64,000 bases of DNA from Planctomycetota bacterium. GTDB taxonomy: Bacteria > Planctomycetota > JAJSAM01 > JAJVHW01. Shown in pieces: positions 19,224-28,148 of this stretch; the first letter of the stretch is position 1; each line of letters starts with the position of its first letter. Below the pieces are notes generated by a model. It was given only the letters and a program-made list of their open reading frames with translations, searched no databases and had not been told where the DNA came from. A program made the translations under genes and the position numbers. Where the stretch lies: NCBI GenBank assembly GCA_965248445.1, contig CBDFJG010000002.1:32001-96000 (forward strand), given 5' to 3'.

Positions 19224-20414
19224 CTAGATGACGCTGTGCTTCCGGCCCACGCGGGTGAACGCCGCGAGGGCGTCCTCGATCTGCTGCATCGAATGGGCAG
19301 CGCTGATCTGCACGCGAATGCGCGCCTGCCCCTTCGGCACCACCGGGTAGCTGAACCCGATGACGTAGATCCGCTCGCCGAGCAGGTCGTCCGCGATGTC
19401 GGTGGCGAGCCGCGCGTCACCGAGCATCACGGGCACGATCGGGTGCTCGCCGGGCCGGATGTCGAACCCGGCGGCCGTCATGCCCTCCCGGAAACGCGCC
19501 GTGTTCGCCTGGAGCTTCGCGATCAGGTCGCTTCCTCCGGCCAGGATGTCCAGACACGTGATCGACGCCCCGACGATGGCCGGCGCGAGTGTGTTCGAGA
19601 ACAGGTACGGACGGCTGCGTTGGCGCAGGAGGTCCACGATCTCCTTGGGCGCCGCAGTGAAGCCGCCGCTCGCACCGCCCAGAGCCTTGCCGAGCGTGCT
19701 GGTGACGATGTCCACCCGCCCCATCACGCCGCAGTGCTCGATCGAGCCGCGGCCGGTCTTCCCGAAGAAGCCGGTCGCGTGGCAGTCGTCGACGTGGACC
19801 ATCGCGTCGTACTTCTCCGCGAGTTCGCAGATCTCGCGAAGCGGAGCGACGTCGCCGTCCATCGAGAAGACGCCGTCCGTCGCGATCAGCCGCATGCGCT
19901 TGTCCTGCGTCGCCTGGAGCTTCGCCTCGAGGTCGGCCATGTCCGTGTGCAAGAATCGGTGGCGCTCGGCCTTGCAGAGCCGGATGCCGTCGATGATCGA
20001 CGCATGGTTCAACTGGTCGCTGATGATCGCGTCTTCGGGACCGAGCAGCGTCTCGAACAGCCCTGCATTCGCATCGAACGCGGCCGCGTACAGGATCGAA
20101 TCGCCGGTGCCGAGGTACTCCGCGATCTTTCGTTCGAGGTCCTTGTGCGCGGTCTGCGTGCCACAGATGAAGCGCACGGACGAGAGGCCGTTGCCCCAGC
20201 GGTCGAGCGCTTCCTTCGCGCCCTGGATGAGGCGCGGGTCGTCGGCGAGGCCCAGATAGTTGTTCGCGCAGAAGTTCACGACGGGGCCCGGGCCTCCCGC
20301 CACTTTGATCTCGGCGCTCTGCTTCGTCGTGATCTCGCGCTCGCTCTTCCAGAGTCCCGCCTCGCGGATCTCGTCGAGCACTCCCTGCACGTGTCCCTTC
20401 GCCGTACCGAACAT
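19224..20414 (-). CDS. kbl: Glycine C-acetyltransferase (2-amino-3-ketobutyrate CoA ligase)
   Basis: '[10 protein letters not shown]', 'SVRFICGTQ', 'DGVFSMDG', '[12 protein letters not shown]', '[11 protein letters not shown]'. Confidence 0.96.
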   Translation of the reverse strand: MFGTAKGHVQGVLDEIREAGLWKSEREITTKQSAEIKVAGGPGPVVNFCANNYLGLADDPRLIQGAKEALDRWGNGLSSVRFICGTQTAHKDLERKIAEYLGTGDSILYAAAFDANAGLFETLLGPEDAIISDQLNHASIIDGIRLCKAERHRFLHTDMADLEAKLQATQDKRMRLIATDGVFSMDGDVAPLREICELAEKYDAMVHVDDCHATGFFGKTGRGSIEHCGVMGRVDIVTSTLGKALGGASGGFTAAPKEIVDLLRQRSRPYLFSNTLAPAIVGASITCLDILAGGSDLIAKLQANTARFREGMTAAGFDIRPGEHPIVPVMLGDARLATDIADDLLGERIYVIGFSYPVVPKGQARIRVQISAAHSMQQIEDALAAFTRVGRKHSVI

Positions 20415-20511
20415 CGCTCCGCCTCCTCTGGTCAGCCGCACACGGTACCAAGCACGGCTTCCACAGCAGGGACGTGTTCCTCAGTGAGGACGGGGGTGGC
20501 AGACTCTCCGC

Positions 20512-22110
20512 ATGAGCAGACGGCGCGCAGTGCAGGTCTTCGGCGTCCTCCTGGCGCTGCTGCTGCTCGCGCTCGGTCTCTGGGTGCTCTTCTTCCGGGC
20601 GAGCGAGCACGGCTCCCGGCCGAGCGCCGCCTCCACGACTCCGACGGACTCTGCGCCTGAAGTGGGGCCGGGTGTCGAAGCGGAGTCCGATGCACCTCCG
20701 GGCGCGCCTGACCAGCGCGAACGAACTCGCGTGCGGCCGGCGGACACGCAGTCCGCCGGCGACTTGCCACGGCTCGAGGTGCTCGTGACGGACAACGGCG
20801 CGCCGGTCGCCGGCGCGAGAGTTCTGGTCATGCCCGAACTGGCGATCCGCACGCGCAAGGGCGGCGATCTGCAGAAGCCTGCCGCTTGGCTCGCCGAGGG
20901 GAGAACGGGCGCTGACGGCACCGCAACGCTCCCATTCGTGTGGTACTGGGCGATCCGCGTCGTTGCAGTCAGCGGCACCCGCGCCGGCGTGTCGGGACGC
21001 GTGCAACCCGCGAAGACGGGAACCTCGAAGACCGAGACGAGACTCGCCGAGGGTGTGCGCGCCCGCGGCGTCGTTGTCGCGGCTACGGACCGGCCCGTCA
21101 GTGGCGCCGAGGTGTCGATCTCACACGTCGGTCCGTGGGTCGGCATGGGGAACCGTTACGGGAACGGCTTCACCGCGATCACGGACGAACAGGGGAGATT
21201 CGATCTCGGCACGCTGCCGATCCCCACCGGCCAGGACGGCTTCGTCATGCGCGTGCGCGGCGACGGATTCGCTGACCTCGACGGCGAGCTCACCGTCGGC
21301 GATCTGCGCAAGGACCCGGTGATCATTCGCGTGAGCGGTCTGGTCAGCGTGCGCGGCGTGGTGCGCAGGCGGGACGGCGGTCCGGCCGTTTCCGCACGCG
21401 TGCGGCTGCTCGGACGGGAGACACACACGGACGACGGAGGCGCGTTCGCCTTCGACAACGTGCAGGCCGTCGGCGGCACGCTGCACATCCTCGGCCGCTT
21501 CGCACGTGCCAGTCACACCACCGTCGGGCCGTTCACCGAGAAGGACAACGACCTCGGCGAACTCTGGCTCGACGTGTCCGGCGTCATCGCGGGAACACTG
21601 CGACACGAGAACGGCGATCCGGCACCGGGCGTCCGGGTCGGCGCCGGTTTGAACGCCGGGGACTGGCGATGGACGAAGACCGACGTGCTGGGCCGCTTCG
21701 AGATCTTCGACGTCGCGGCCGGAGAGCACAGGATCGATGTCAAGGCTCCCGCGAGGACGATCTGCGTCCGCGAGGACGCCACCCTGACGGCGACGCCCGG
21801 TGATCCCGCACTGGAGCTGATCCTCTACGCGATAAAGCGCCCGAGCGGCGTGAGCGTGCGCATTGTGCTCGACCCGCCGCAGCGCGAGGACGTCGCCGTG
21901 ACGTTCAGGTTCGGGCCAGTGAGGAGCATCTCGATGGCCGGCTTCGTGCACATGATGACGGCCGTGAAGGAGTACCACTTCGGCGCCGACGGCGCCGGGG
22001 AGTACACGGTGTCCGCCCACGCGAAGGGATGGACCGGAGCGACCGAGACCGTGGACGTCCCCGCCGAAGGGTTCGTGGACGTCGACCTCGTCCTCACGCC
22101 TGAGGACTGA
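20512..22110 (+). CDS. Membrane-anchored protein with carboxypeptidase-regulatory-like beta-sandwich repeats
   Basis: N-terminal TM; repeated 'G.V...D.PV.GA.V...TD..G.F' units. Confidence 0.7.
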   Translation: MSRRRAVQVFGVLLALLLLALGLWVLFFRASEHGSRPSAASTTPTDSAPEVGPGVEAESDAPPGAPDQRERTRVRPADTQSAGDLPRLEVLVTDNGAPVAGARVLVMPELAIRTRKGGDLQKPAAWLAEGRTGADGTATLPFVWYWAIRVVAVSGTRAGVSGRVQPAKTGTSKTETRLAEGVRARGVVVAATDRPVSGAEVSISHVGPWVGMGNRYGNGFTAITDEQGRFDLGTLPIPTGQDGFVMRVRGDGFADLDGELTVGDLRKDPVIIRVSGLVSVRGVVRRRDGGPAVSARVRLLGRETHTDDGGAFAFDNVQAVGGTLHILGRFARASHTTVGPFTEKDNDLGELWLDVSGVIAGTLRHENGDPAPGVRVGAGLNAGDWRWTKTDVLGRFEIFDVAAGEHRIDVKAPARTICVREDATLTATPGDPALELILYAIKRPSGVSVRIVLDPPQREDVAVTFRFGPVRSISMAGFVHMMTAVKEYHFGADGAGEYTVSAHAKGWTGATETVDVPAEGFVDVDLVLTPED

Positions 22111-22120
22111 TCGCGTTACG

Positions 22121-22969
22121 GTGCGCGCCGACGTGTCCGACACCGAACGCCGGCTGAAGTACCGCCGCTTCAATCTGCGGCTCGTCAACTCGTGCACGGA
22201 CGCCGAAGCGTGCGCGCTCGTGGACCTCGCTCTGGGCGCGTCGGGCGACCGTGTCGGCGAGATCCGCAGGCGGCCGGGGACGGCCCGGCCTGCAGACGGC
22301 GAGCGGCCGCCGCGGGTGTACGTGAAGGCGGAGTTTCGCCGCCCGACGCAGCCGCTCGGGCGGCGCATACGTCGCGCACGGGCGTTCGCAGAGGGCGAGG
22401 GCTATCGCGCGTTCGCAGCCGCGGGACTCGCCGTGCCGGAGCTGCTCATGTTCGGCGAGCAGCCGCGCTGGCTCATGAGGGGTGGCGCCATCGTCGCAAC
22501 GGTCAAACTCCCGGGCCAGAACGCGGCGCATACGTACATCGAGACGCAGGACGACGAGATCATCCTCGACGTCGCACGGATGCTGGCCGCGATCCACCGG
22601 CGCGACCTCGTCCACGGCGACGCCGTGATCCGGAACTTCGTGCGTGTGGACCGCCGCATCTACGTCATGGACTTTCCGAGCTGGGGCGACTTCTCCCGCA
22701 AGGGCGCAGAGATCGACTTGGCAAGACTCATCGGCTCGGCACGTGTCCGCGGCCTCGGCGACAACGGCGCCCTGGCCGTGCTCGACACGTACGTGACCAC
22801 GTGGCCGGACGCCGTCCGCGCACATATCGTCGGGTTCCAGGGCCGCGTGCTCTCAGAGGCAACAAGGTACGCCGACTACATAGTGGAGCGCGACCGCACA
22901 CGCACCGCACGGCACGCGCGGTTGCGCGCAAGGCTCAAGCCGTCCGAGCGCAAGGGAGACGCGCGCTAG
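22121..22969 (+). CDS. Kdo/WaaP/InaA-like kinase
   Basis: 'VYVKAE', 'RAFAE', 'GLAVPE', 'HRRDLVHGDAVIRNF', 'VMDF'. Confidence 0.7.
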   Translation: MRADVSDTERRLKYRRFNLRLVNSCTDAEACALVDLALGASGDRVGEIRRRPGTARPADGERPPRVYVKAEFRRPTQPLGRRIRRARAFAEGEGYRAFAAAGLAVPELLMFGEQPRWLMRGGAIVATVKLPGQNAAHTYIETQDDEIILDVARMLAAIHRRDLVHGDAVIRNFVRVDRRIYVMDFPSWGDFSRKGAEIDLARLIGSARVRGLGDNGALAVLDTYVTTWPDAVRAHIVGFQGRVLSEATRYADYIVERDRTRTARHARLRARLKPSERKGDAR

Positions 22970-24057
22970 CCCCTGACCGCGCGAAGGGCCTTCCGCGTCA
23001 TCGACGAGACGCCGAAGTCACGCAGGTCGTGGCTGCGGACCCACGCGGTGCCGCTGCCGTCTTCCGCCACGTGCGCCGCACCGAGCGGCGCCTCGTGCAC
23101 GTGCACCGTGATGCGTCGATTGGTGATGGTGTGCCGGAAGCTGCCGCTGGGCTCCGCGGACACGTCCACCGCACGGCCGACCGCTGTGGCGATGCGGTCC
23201 CGGAGCGACGCGACGTCGCCGTCCTCGGACGTCGTCGGGAGTTCCCACATCCCGGAGAGCAGCGTTCCATCCGGACGCTGCACGAGCAGGAATCGATCAC
23301 CATGCGTCACGAACGCCATGTGCAGAGTGACCTCGCGCGTGGGCGCCTTCGATTTGCGTCGCGGAAGCTCGGCCGTCATTCCGGCACGGTGCGCCATGCA
23401 ACTGCGCCGCCATGGGCACTCGTTGCAGCGCGGTTCGCGCGGCGTGCAGACGAGCGCACCGAGCTCCATCACCGCCTGGTTCCAGTCGGCCGCTCGCAGA
23501 CCCTCCGGCGGCTCCATCGCGGCGGGATCTTCGCCCACGAGCGCCGTCACCAACCGGCGAGACGCCTCGGCGAGAGTGCGCTTCCGTGCGGCCGACGGCT
23601 CGCGGTCGTCAAGCAGCAGGCGACACAGCACGCGCTCCACGTTGCCGTCGACGACGGGCACCGCTGCGTCGTACGCGATGGATGCCACGGCTGCGGCGGT
23701 GTACGGACCGACTCCCGGGAGCGTCTTCAGCGCGTCCGGGTCCGCGGGAACGACGCCGTCGTGTAGCGCAACGATCTGTTGCGCCGAGGCGTGGAGCGCA
23801 CGGGCGCGGCGGTAGTACCCGAGGCCCGACCACGCCGCGAGCACGTCATCGACATCTGCCGCTGCCAGGTCCGCGACGGACGGCCACCGGACGATCCACC
23901 GCTCGAAGTACGGCAGCGCAACGTCCACCCGTGTCTGTTGCAACATCATCTCGCTCACGAGCACGTGGTACGGGTCGCGCGTCGTCCGCCACGGAAGCTC
24001 TCGCTTGTTCCGGTCGTACCAGCGCAGCAGGCGGGTTCGTAGGGACAGGACGCGCAC
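22966..24057 (-). CDS. mutY: A/G-specific adenine glycosylase
   Basis: 'RELPWR', 'VSEMMLQQT', 'WSGLGYY', HhH-GPD 'LPGVGPYT...VDGNV', Fe-S 'CTPREPRCNECPWRRSC', NUDIX-like C-terminus. Start uncertain. Confidence 0.93.
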   Translation of the reverse strand: MRVLSLRTRLLRWYDRNKRELPWRTTRDPYHVLVSEMMLQQTRVDVALPYFERWIVRWPSVADLAAADVDDVLAAWSGLGYYRRARALHASAQQIVALHDGVVPADPDALKTLPGVGPYTAAAVASIAYDAAVPVVDGNVERVLCRLLLDDREPSAARKRTLAEASRRLVTALVGEDPAAMEPPEGLRAADWNQAVMELGALVCTPREPRCNECPWRRSCMAHRAGMTAELPRRKSKAPTREVTLHMAFVTHGDRFLLVQRPDGTLLSGMWELPTTSEDGDVASLRDRIATAVGRAVDVSAEPSGSFRHTITNRRITVHVHEAPLGAAHVAEDGSGTAWVRSHDLRDFGVSSMTRKALRAVRG

Positions 24058-24092
24058 CCATGTCCCGACGAGGTCGAGACGGTCGGCGTCAG

Positions 24093-24428
24093 TCAGCCGC
24101 CACCCGCGGTCTGCGATGCCGCCACCAGGTACAGCGTGACGAGTTGCTTGGCCCTCGCGTTCAGCTTCGCGCGTTGCGCCATGTCCTCAACGTAGTCGGG
24201 CCAATCGCTCGGTGACTCGGACGACGGCAGGGGCAGGTCGTGGCAATGGCCGCAACGGGCCTCGAAGTACTGGCGCCCGGCGGTGGCGCCCTCGAAGTCG
24301 CGCGTATCGACCGTGTCGCTCGTGCCGCTGCCGCCGTTGGTGCCGCTGCTGCCGCTGCTGGTCGCGCAGGCGGCGACGAGGCAGAGGACGCCGAGGAGTG
24401 CAAGCGAACGAGCAGTCATGACGGTCAC
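24093..24428 (-). CDS. Small mono-haem c-type cytochrome lipoprotein
   Basis: Lipobox 'LVAAC', S/G/T linker, 'CGHCH', distal 'W...V..M'. Confidence 0.8.
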   Translation of the reverse strand: MTVMTARSLALLGVLCLVAACATSSGSSGTNGGSGTSDTVDTRDFEGATAGRQYFEARCGHCHDLPLPSSESPSDWPDYVEDMAQRAKLNARAKQLVTLYLVAASQTAGGG

Positions 24429-25678
24429 CTCGGGGGCAAGTGCGAGAACAGAGTGCTCTTCTCGCGCTCGTAGAGCACGCGCCCGCTCACGATCGTGACG
24501 TCGGCCATCAACCGGTAGTCGAACGGATCGCCCTGATAGATCACGATGTCTGCGTCCTTGCCGGCCTCGAGCGAACCGATGCGGTCCTCGACGCCGGCCG
24601 CCTCAGCAGCGGTCAGAGTGATCGCTCGCAGTGCAGCGTCGCGACTGGCGCCACCACGGATCGCGAACGCGCCCTCGACGGGATACGTCAACAGGTCGCG
24701 CCCGGCGATGCCGTTGAGCGAGATGCCCGATCCGCCGCCGCCGAACCCGCCGGGCGGAAGGATGCAGAACGACGCACCCGCCTTCTCGAGGGTTGCGACG
24801 GCGTCGATGCGCGAGCCACTCTCGCCTTCCATTCCCGGCCGCGGCCAGCGGCGCTGACGCGGCTGCACGATCGCGATGGCGCCAGCGGCGGCGATCTCCT
24901 CGGGCATGGTCCACGCTTCGGTCGCGTTCGTCAGGACGAGCCGCAAGTCGTACTCGCGCGCCAGTTCGAGAGCGCCCCGGATGTCGCGCTTCGTCGAGGC
25001 GGAGATGCGCACCGGCACCTTGCGCTCGAGCGCCGCGATCAGCGTTCCGCTTCCCGGCTGACGGCCCTTCTTGCCGCCGCGGATCCACTTGCGCGCGCTC
25101 GCTAGTGTCTCGCGCAGAGAAGCGCGGGTCATGCCGGACTGCCCGGCCCAACGCACATCGAGCGCGGCGGGCTCCTTGACGATCATCAGCTCGGGCGCGA
25201 GGTACGCGGGCTTGACCACGGCATTGGTGTCGCTGTACGGACTGCGCGACCGGCCGGAGGCGACGTACGCGGTGATGCCCGCCGACAGCGCCAGTTCGCA
25301 GTACGTGCTGTCTGCCTCCAGGCACTGCGAGAACTTCTCGCCCTTTCGCGGACGCCCGCGCCGAATGCCGAAGTTGTTGCCCTGCGGCGCGACGAATCCG
25401 GGCAGGACCCACTTGCCCGTCGCATCGACGATGTTCGCGCCCTCGGGGATACGCAGATCGACTCCCACTGCCTCGATCTTGCCGTCCCGGCAGAGCACGG
25501 TCCCGCGCCGCAGGACGCGGCCGGTGCCGGTGTGCACCTCGCCGCCGACGATCGCGAGCACGTCCTCGCCGCCGACGGGCCGGCGGGACTCGCGCTCCTG
25601 GGCCGTCAACGAAGACGAGGCCACGGCGGCCGCCGCAAGCGCCGTGAGTGCGAGGAGCAGGTTGCGACGGACGTTCAC
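24425..25678 (-). CDS. Exported amidohydrolase-fold protein 8 (metal ligands degenerate)
   Basis: 'DATGKWVLPGF-VAPQ' (no HxH); 'RIGSLEAGKDADIVI..GDP'; signal peptide 'VRRNLLL'. Confidence 0.85.
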   Translation of the reverse strand: MNVRRNLLLALTALAAAAVASSSLTAQERESRRPVGGEDVLAIVGGEVHTGTGRVLRRGTVLCRDGKIEAVGVDLRIPEGANIVDATGKWVLPGFVAPQGNNFGIRRGRPRKGEKFSQCLEADSTYCELALSAGITAYVASGRSRSPYSDTNAVVKPAYLAPELMIVKEPAALDVRWAGQSGMTRASLRETLASARKWIRGGKKGRQPGSGTLIAALERKVPVRISASTKRDIRGALELAREYDLRLVLTNATEAWTMPEEIAAAGAIAIVQPRQRRWPRPGMEGESGSRIDAVATLEKAGASFCILPPGGFGGGGSGISLNGIAGRDLLTYPVEGAFAIRGGASRDAALRAITLTAAEAAGVEDRIGSLEAGKDADIVIYQGDPFDYRLMADVTIVSGRVLYEREKSTLFSHLPPR

Positions 25679-26907
25679 GGGGTCTCCTCCACCGTCACAC
25701 CGTCGATCCACGTGCGCAGCAGGCGCGTCGTAGGAAGCAAGGGATCACCCGAATAGAGCTGCAGGTCGGCGCGGCGGCCGGTCTCGACGGTGCCGCAGTC
25801 CTCGCCCATCCCCAGCATGGTCGCCGGTCCGACGGTGGCGGCGCGCAACGCATCCCGGCTGCCGAAGCCTGCCTCCGCGGTGACCGCCAGGTAGTGAGGA
25901 AACGAACGCAGTCCGTCGCGTGAGTCGTTCCACGGGAGCAGCACGACGCGCAGTCCCGCGTTCCGCAGCATCACGGCGGGGCAGATCGTGAGATCCGTCC
26001 CGGGCCAGGAAGCCGTGCCGACGCGGATCACGCAAGTGGCGCCGAGGTCCGCGAGCTCCGCTGCGGCGTTGTACGCATCGCCGGAGAGCAGCGCGTAGAG
26101 CCGCAGCTTCTCGCCGCGCACCCGCTCGTCGGCCAGCGCCGCGGTGAGCGCGGACGCATCGGCCGCGTCGCTGATCTCACACAGCAGCGCCGTCTCTCCT
26201 TCGAGCACGCGGCGGAACGCCGCAGCGTCCTCCTTGCTCTTCGGCTCGGCGGGCTCCTTGGGCGCGTCCTTCTTGGCCTTTTCGGCCGCGGCCTTGTCCT
26301 TCTCCCACTTCGCGTGCGCCTTCTTCCACTTCTCGGTGGCATCGAGTTCCTTGCGCGCGGCGGCGAGCTTGCCGCCCAGCGTTTTCGCGAAACGCGGACC
26401 GGGTTCGGCGGTCACGCGCAGGAACGCGTGCTCGGAGCGGAGCATCGTGTCGACGTCCTCCGCCGCGGTCCGGACGGCCACGCCCTCGCCGCCGACGATC
26501 CCGCGACCGGGCAGCAACCCGAGTGTTGCGAAGCCGCTGCCCGCCGCGTAGCGGTTCGCGGGGTTCCACGGATCGAGATCGTGCAGGGCCGTCCCGGTGT
26601 CGCCGCCGCTCCCGTTACCGCGAAGGCCGATGCGCGACGCGGCGTGGACGAACGACGGCATCAAGACCTTGCCCGACGCGTCGATGGTCTCGACACCCTT
26701 CGGGATCACGACGTCGGCACGCGGCCCGACGGCCTCGATGCGGCCCTTCTTCACGACGACGACACCGTCCGGGACGTCGTCCCCAGCCGCGGTGATCACG
26801 CGCGCCCCGACGATGGCGAAGTCGGCGGGCGGCGCGGTCTCGTCGGCGCACACGGGTGACGCGAGCGCGAGAAGCAGCAGGGCGGCAGACAGGCGTGTCA
26901 GAACCAC
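25675..26907 (-). CDS. Exported amidohydrolase-fold protein 7 (degenerate)
   Basis: 'DASGKVLMPSFVHAAS'; 'GTVETGRRADL..YSGDP'; signal peptide. Confidence 0.85.
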   Translation of the reverse strand: MVLTRLSAALLLLALASPVCADETAPPADFAIVGARVITAAGDDVPDGVVVVKKGRIEAVGPRADVVIPKGVETIDASGKVLMPSFVHAASRIGLRGNGSGGDTGTALHDLDPWNPANRYAAGSGFATLGLLPGRGIVGGEGVAVRTAAEDVDTMLRSEHAFLRVTAEPGPRFAKTLGGKLAAARKELDATEKWKKAHAKWEKDKAAAEKAKKDAPKEPAEPKSKEDAAAFRRVLEGETALLCEISDAADASALTAALADERVRGEKLRLYALLSGDAYNAAAELADLGATCVIRVGTASWPGTDLTICPAVMLRNAGLRVVLLPWNDSRDGLRSFPHYLAVTAEAGFGSRDALRAATVGPATMLGMGEDCGTVETGRRADLQLYSGDPLLPTTRLLRTWIDGVTVEETP

Positions 26908-28148
26908 CGGCGGTCCACTCCCTCTGCGTAGGCTTCCTTGCCGTTGATCAGCACGAACAGCACCCGCGAACGCGGGTCGAGCGGCGGGCCGTCGCGTATG
27001 ACGATGTCCGCGTCCTTACCCGCTTCGAGCGATCCGAGCCGGTCTCCCATGCCGACCTGCTCGGCCGGCCGGATCGAGAGTGCCTCGAGGGCCTTCTTCT
27101 CGCTGAGACCGAAGCGCACCGCCATCGACGCTTGCGTCGTCAGCTCCTCGGCGGGAACGACGGGGCAGTCGGTGTTCAGGGACAGGTCGGCGCCCGCTTC
27201 ATCCCAGAGTGTCGGGATACCGAGCACGCGACGGGTCTCGCGCTCGTAGTGGATGAGCCGCGGACCGACGTTCACGGGCAGATCGCCACCGACGATGACG
27301 TCGGCCGCCTTGTACGAGTCGAACGTCGCGTGCGTGACGATGACGTCGAGCCCCATCTCGTCCTTGAGGATGCGCTTCGTCGCCTCGACGCCGTTCACCC
27401 AGACCGTGTGCACGATCACCGGGAAGTCCTTCGCGAACAGCCCGCGGAAGTTGTCGAGACGCGCGTCGAACTGCGGCGGCTCGGACGTCTTCTCCCGTTC
27501 CCACCGGCTCCAGGACTCGGCGTAGTCCCGCGCCTCCTCGAGACGCTCCCGAATCAGGTAGTTCATGCCCATGCGCGAGCGGCCGACGTCGCCGGCGCGT
27601 CGCTCGGGGTTGCCGAGTTGCGCGATCTTGAGCGCGCCGGGGAAGCGGATCGTCATCTCTTCGACGGTCTTACCCGCCGTCTTGACAAGCGTGCCGAAGC
27701 CCGACATGTTCGTGCCGGAACCGGGGATGAAGAGCATCGTCGTGGTGCCGCCCTGACGCGCGGCCTGCAACTGCCAGTTCTCCGGCACGATCGTGTCGAG
27801 GTTCCGCAGCTCGGGATTGGTCGGATAGACCATGTCGTTCAGGTCCGTGCCGGCGACGTGCGCATGCAGTTCGACCCAGCCCGGCGTGGCCCAGCCGTTC
27901 TCGAACTCCTTGACCGCGTAGCCGGCGGGGATCTCGATGTCAGCCGCCTTGCCGACTCTCTCGATCTTCCCGTCCTTGACGAGGATGACGCCGTCGTCGA
28001 TGGGTGCGCCGACAACGGGTACGACGCGCTGCACGCGGATCGCGTACCGCGTCGGTTCCGCATGAACCGCGTCGTCGGCGGCGTGCACCGGCGCAGGGAT
28101 CACGAATGCAGCGACCACCAGCATCGAGAGGATCCGATCAGCGCGCAT
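26898..28148 (-). CDS. Exported amidohydrolase 6 (apparently intact metal site)
   Basis: 'PGWVELHAH', 'ALKIA', 'VIVH', 'IVTH', 'NTDCP', 'GSLEAGKDADIVI'; signal peptide. Confidence 0.9.
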   Translation of the reverse strand: MRADRILSMLVVAAFVIPAPVHAADDAVHAEPTRYAIRVQRVVPVVGAPIDDGVILVKDGKIERVGKAADIEIPAGYAVKEFENGWATPGWVELHAHVAGTDLNDMVYPTNPELRNLDTIVPENWQLQAARQGGTTTMLFIPGSGTNMSGFGTLVKTAGKTVEEMTIRFPGALKIAQLGNPERRAGDVGRSRMGMNYLIRERLEEARDYAESWSRWEREKTSEPPQFDARLDNFRGLFAKDFPVIVHTVWVNGVEATKRILKDEMGLDVIVTHATFDSYKAADVIVGGDLPVNVGPRLIHYERETRRVLGIPTLWDEAGADLSLNTDCPVVPAEELTTQASMAVRFGLSEKKALEALSIRPAEQVGMGDRLGSLEAGKDADIVIRDGPPLDPRSRVLFVLINGKEAYAEGVDRRWF

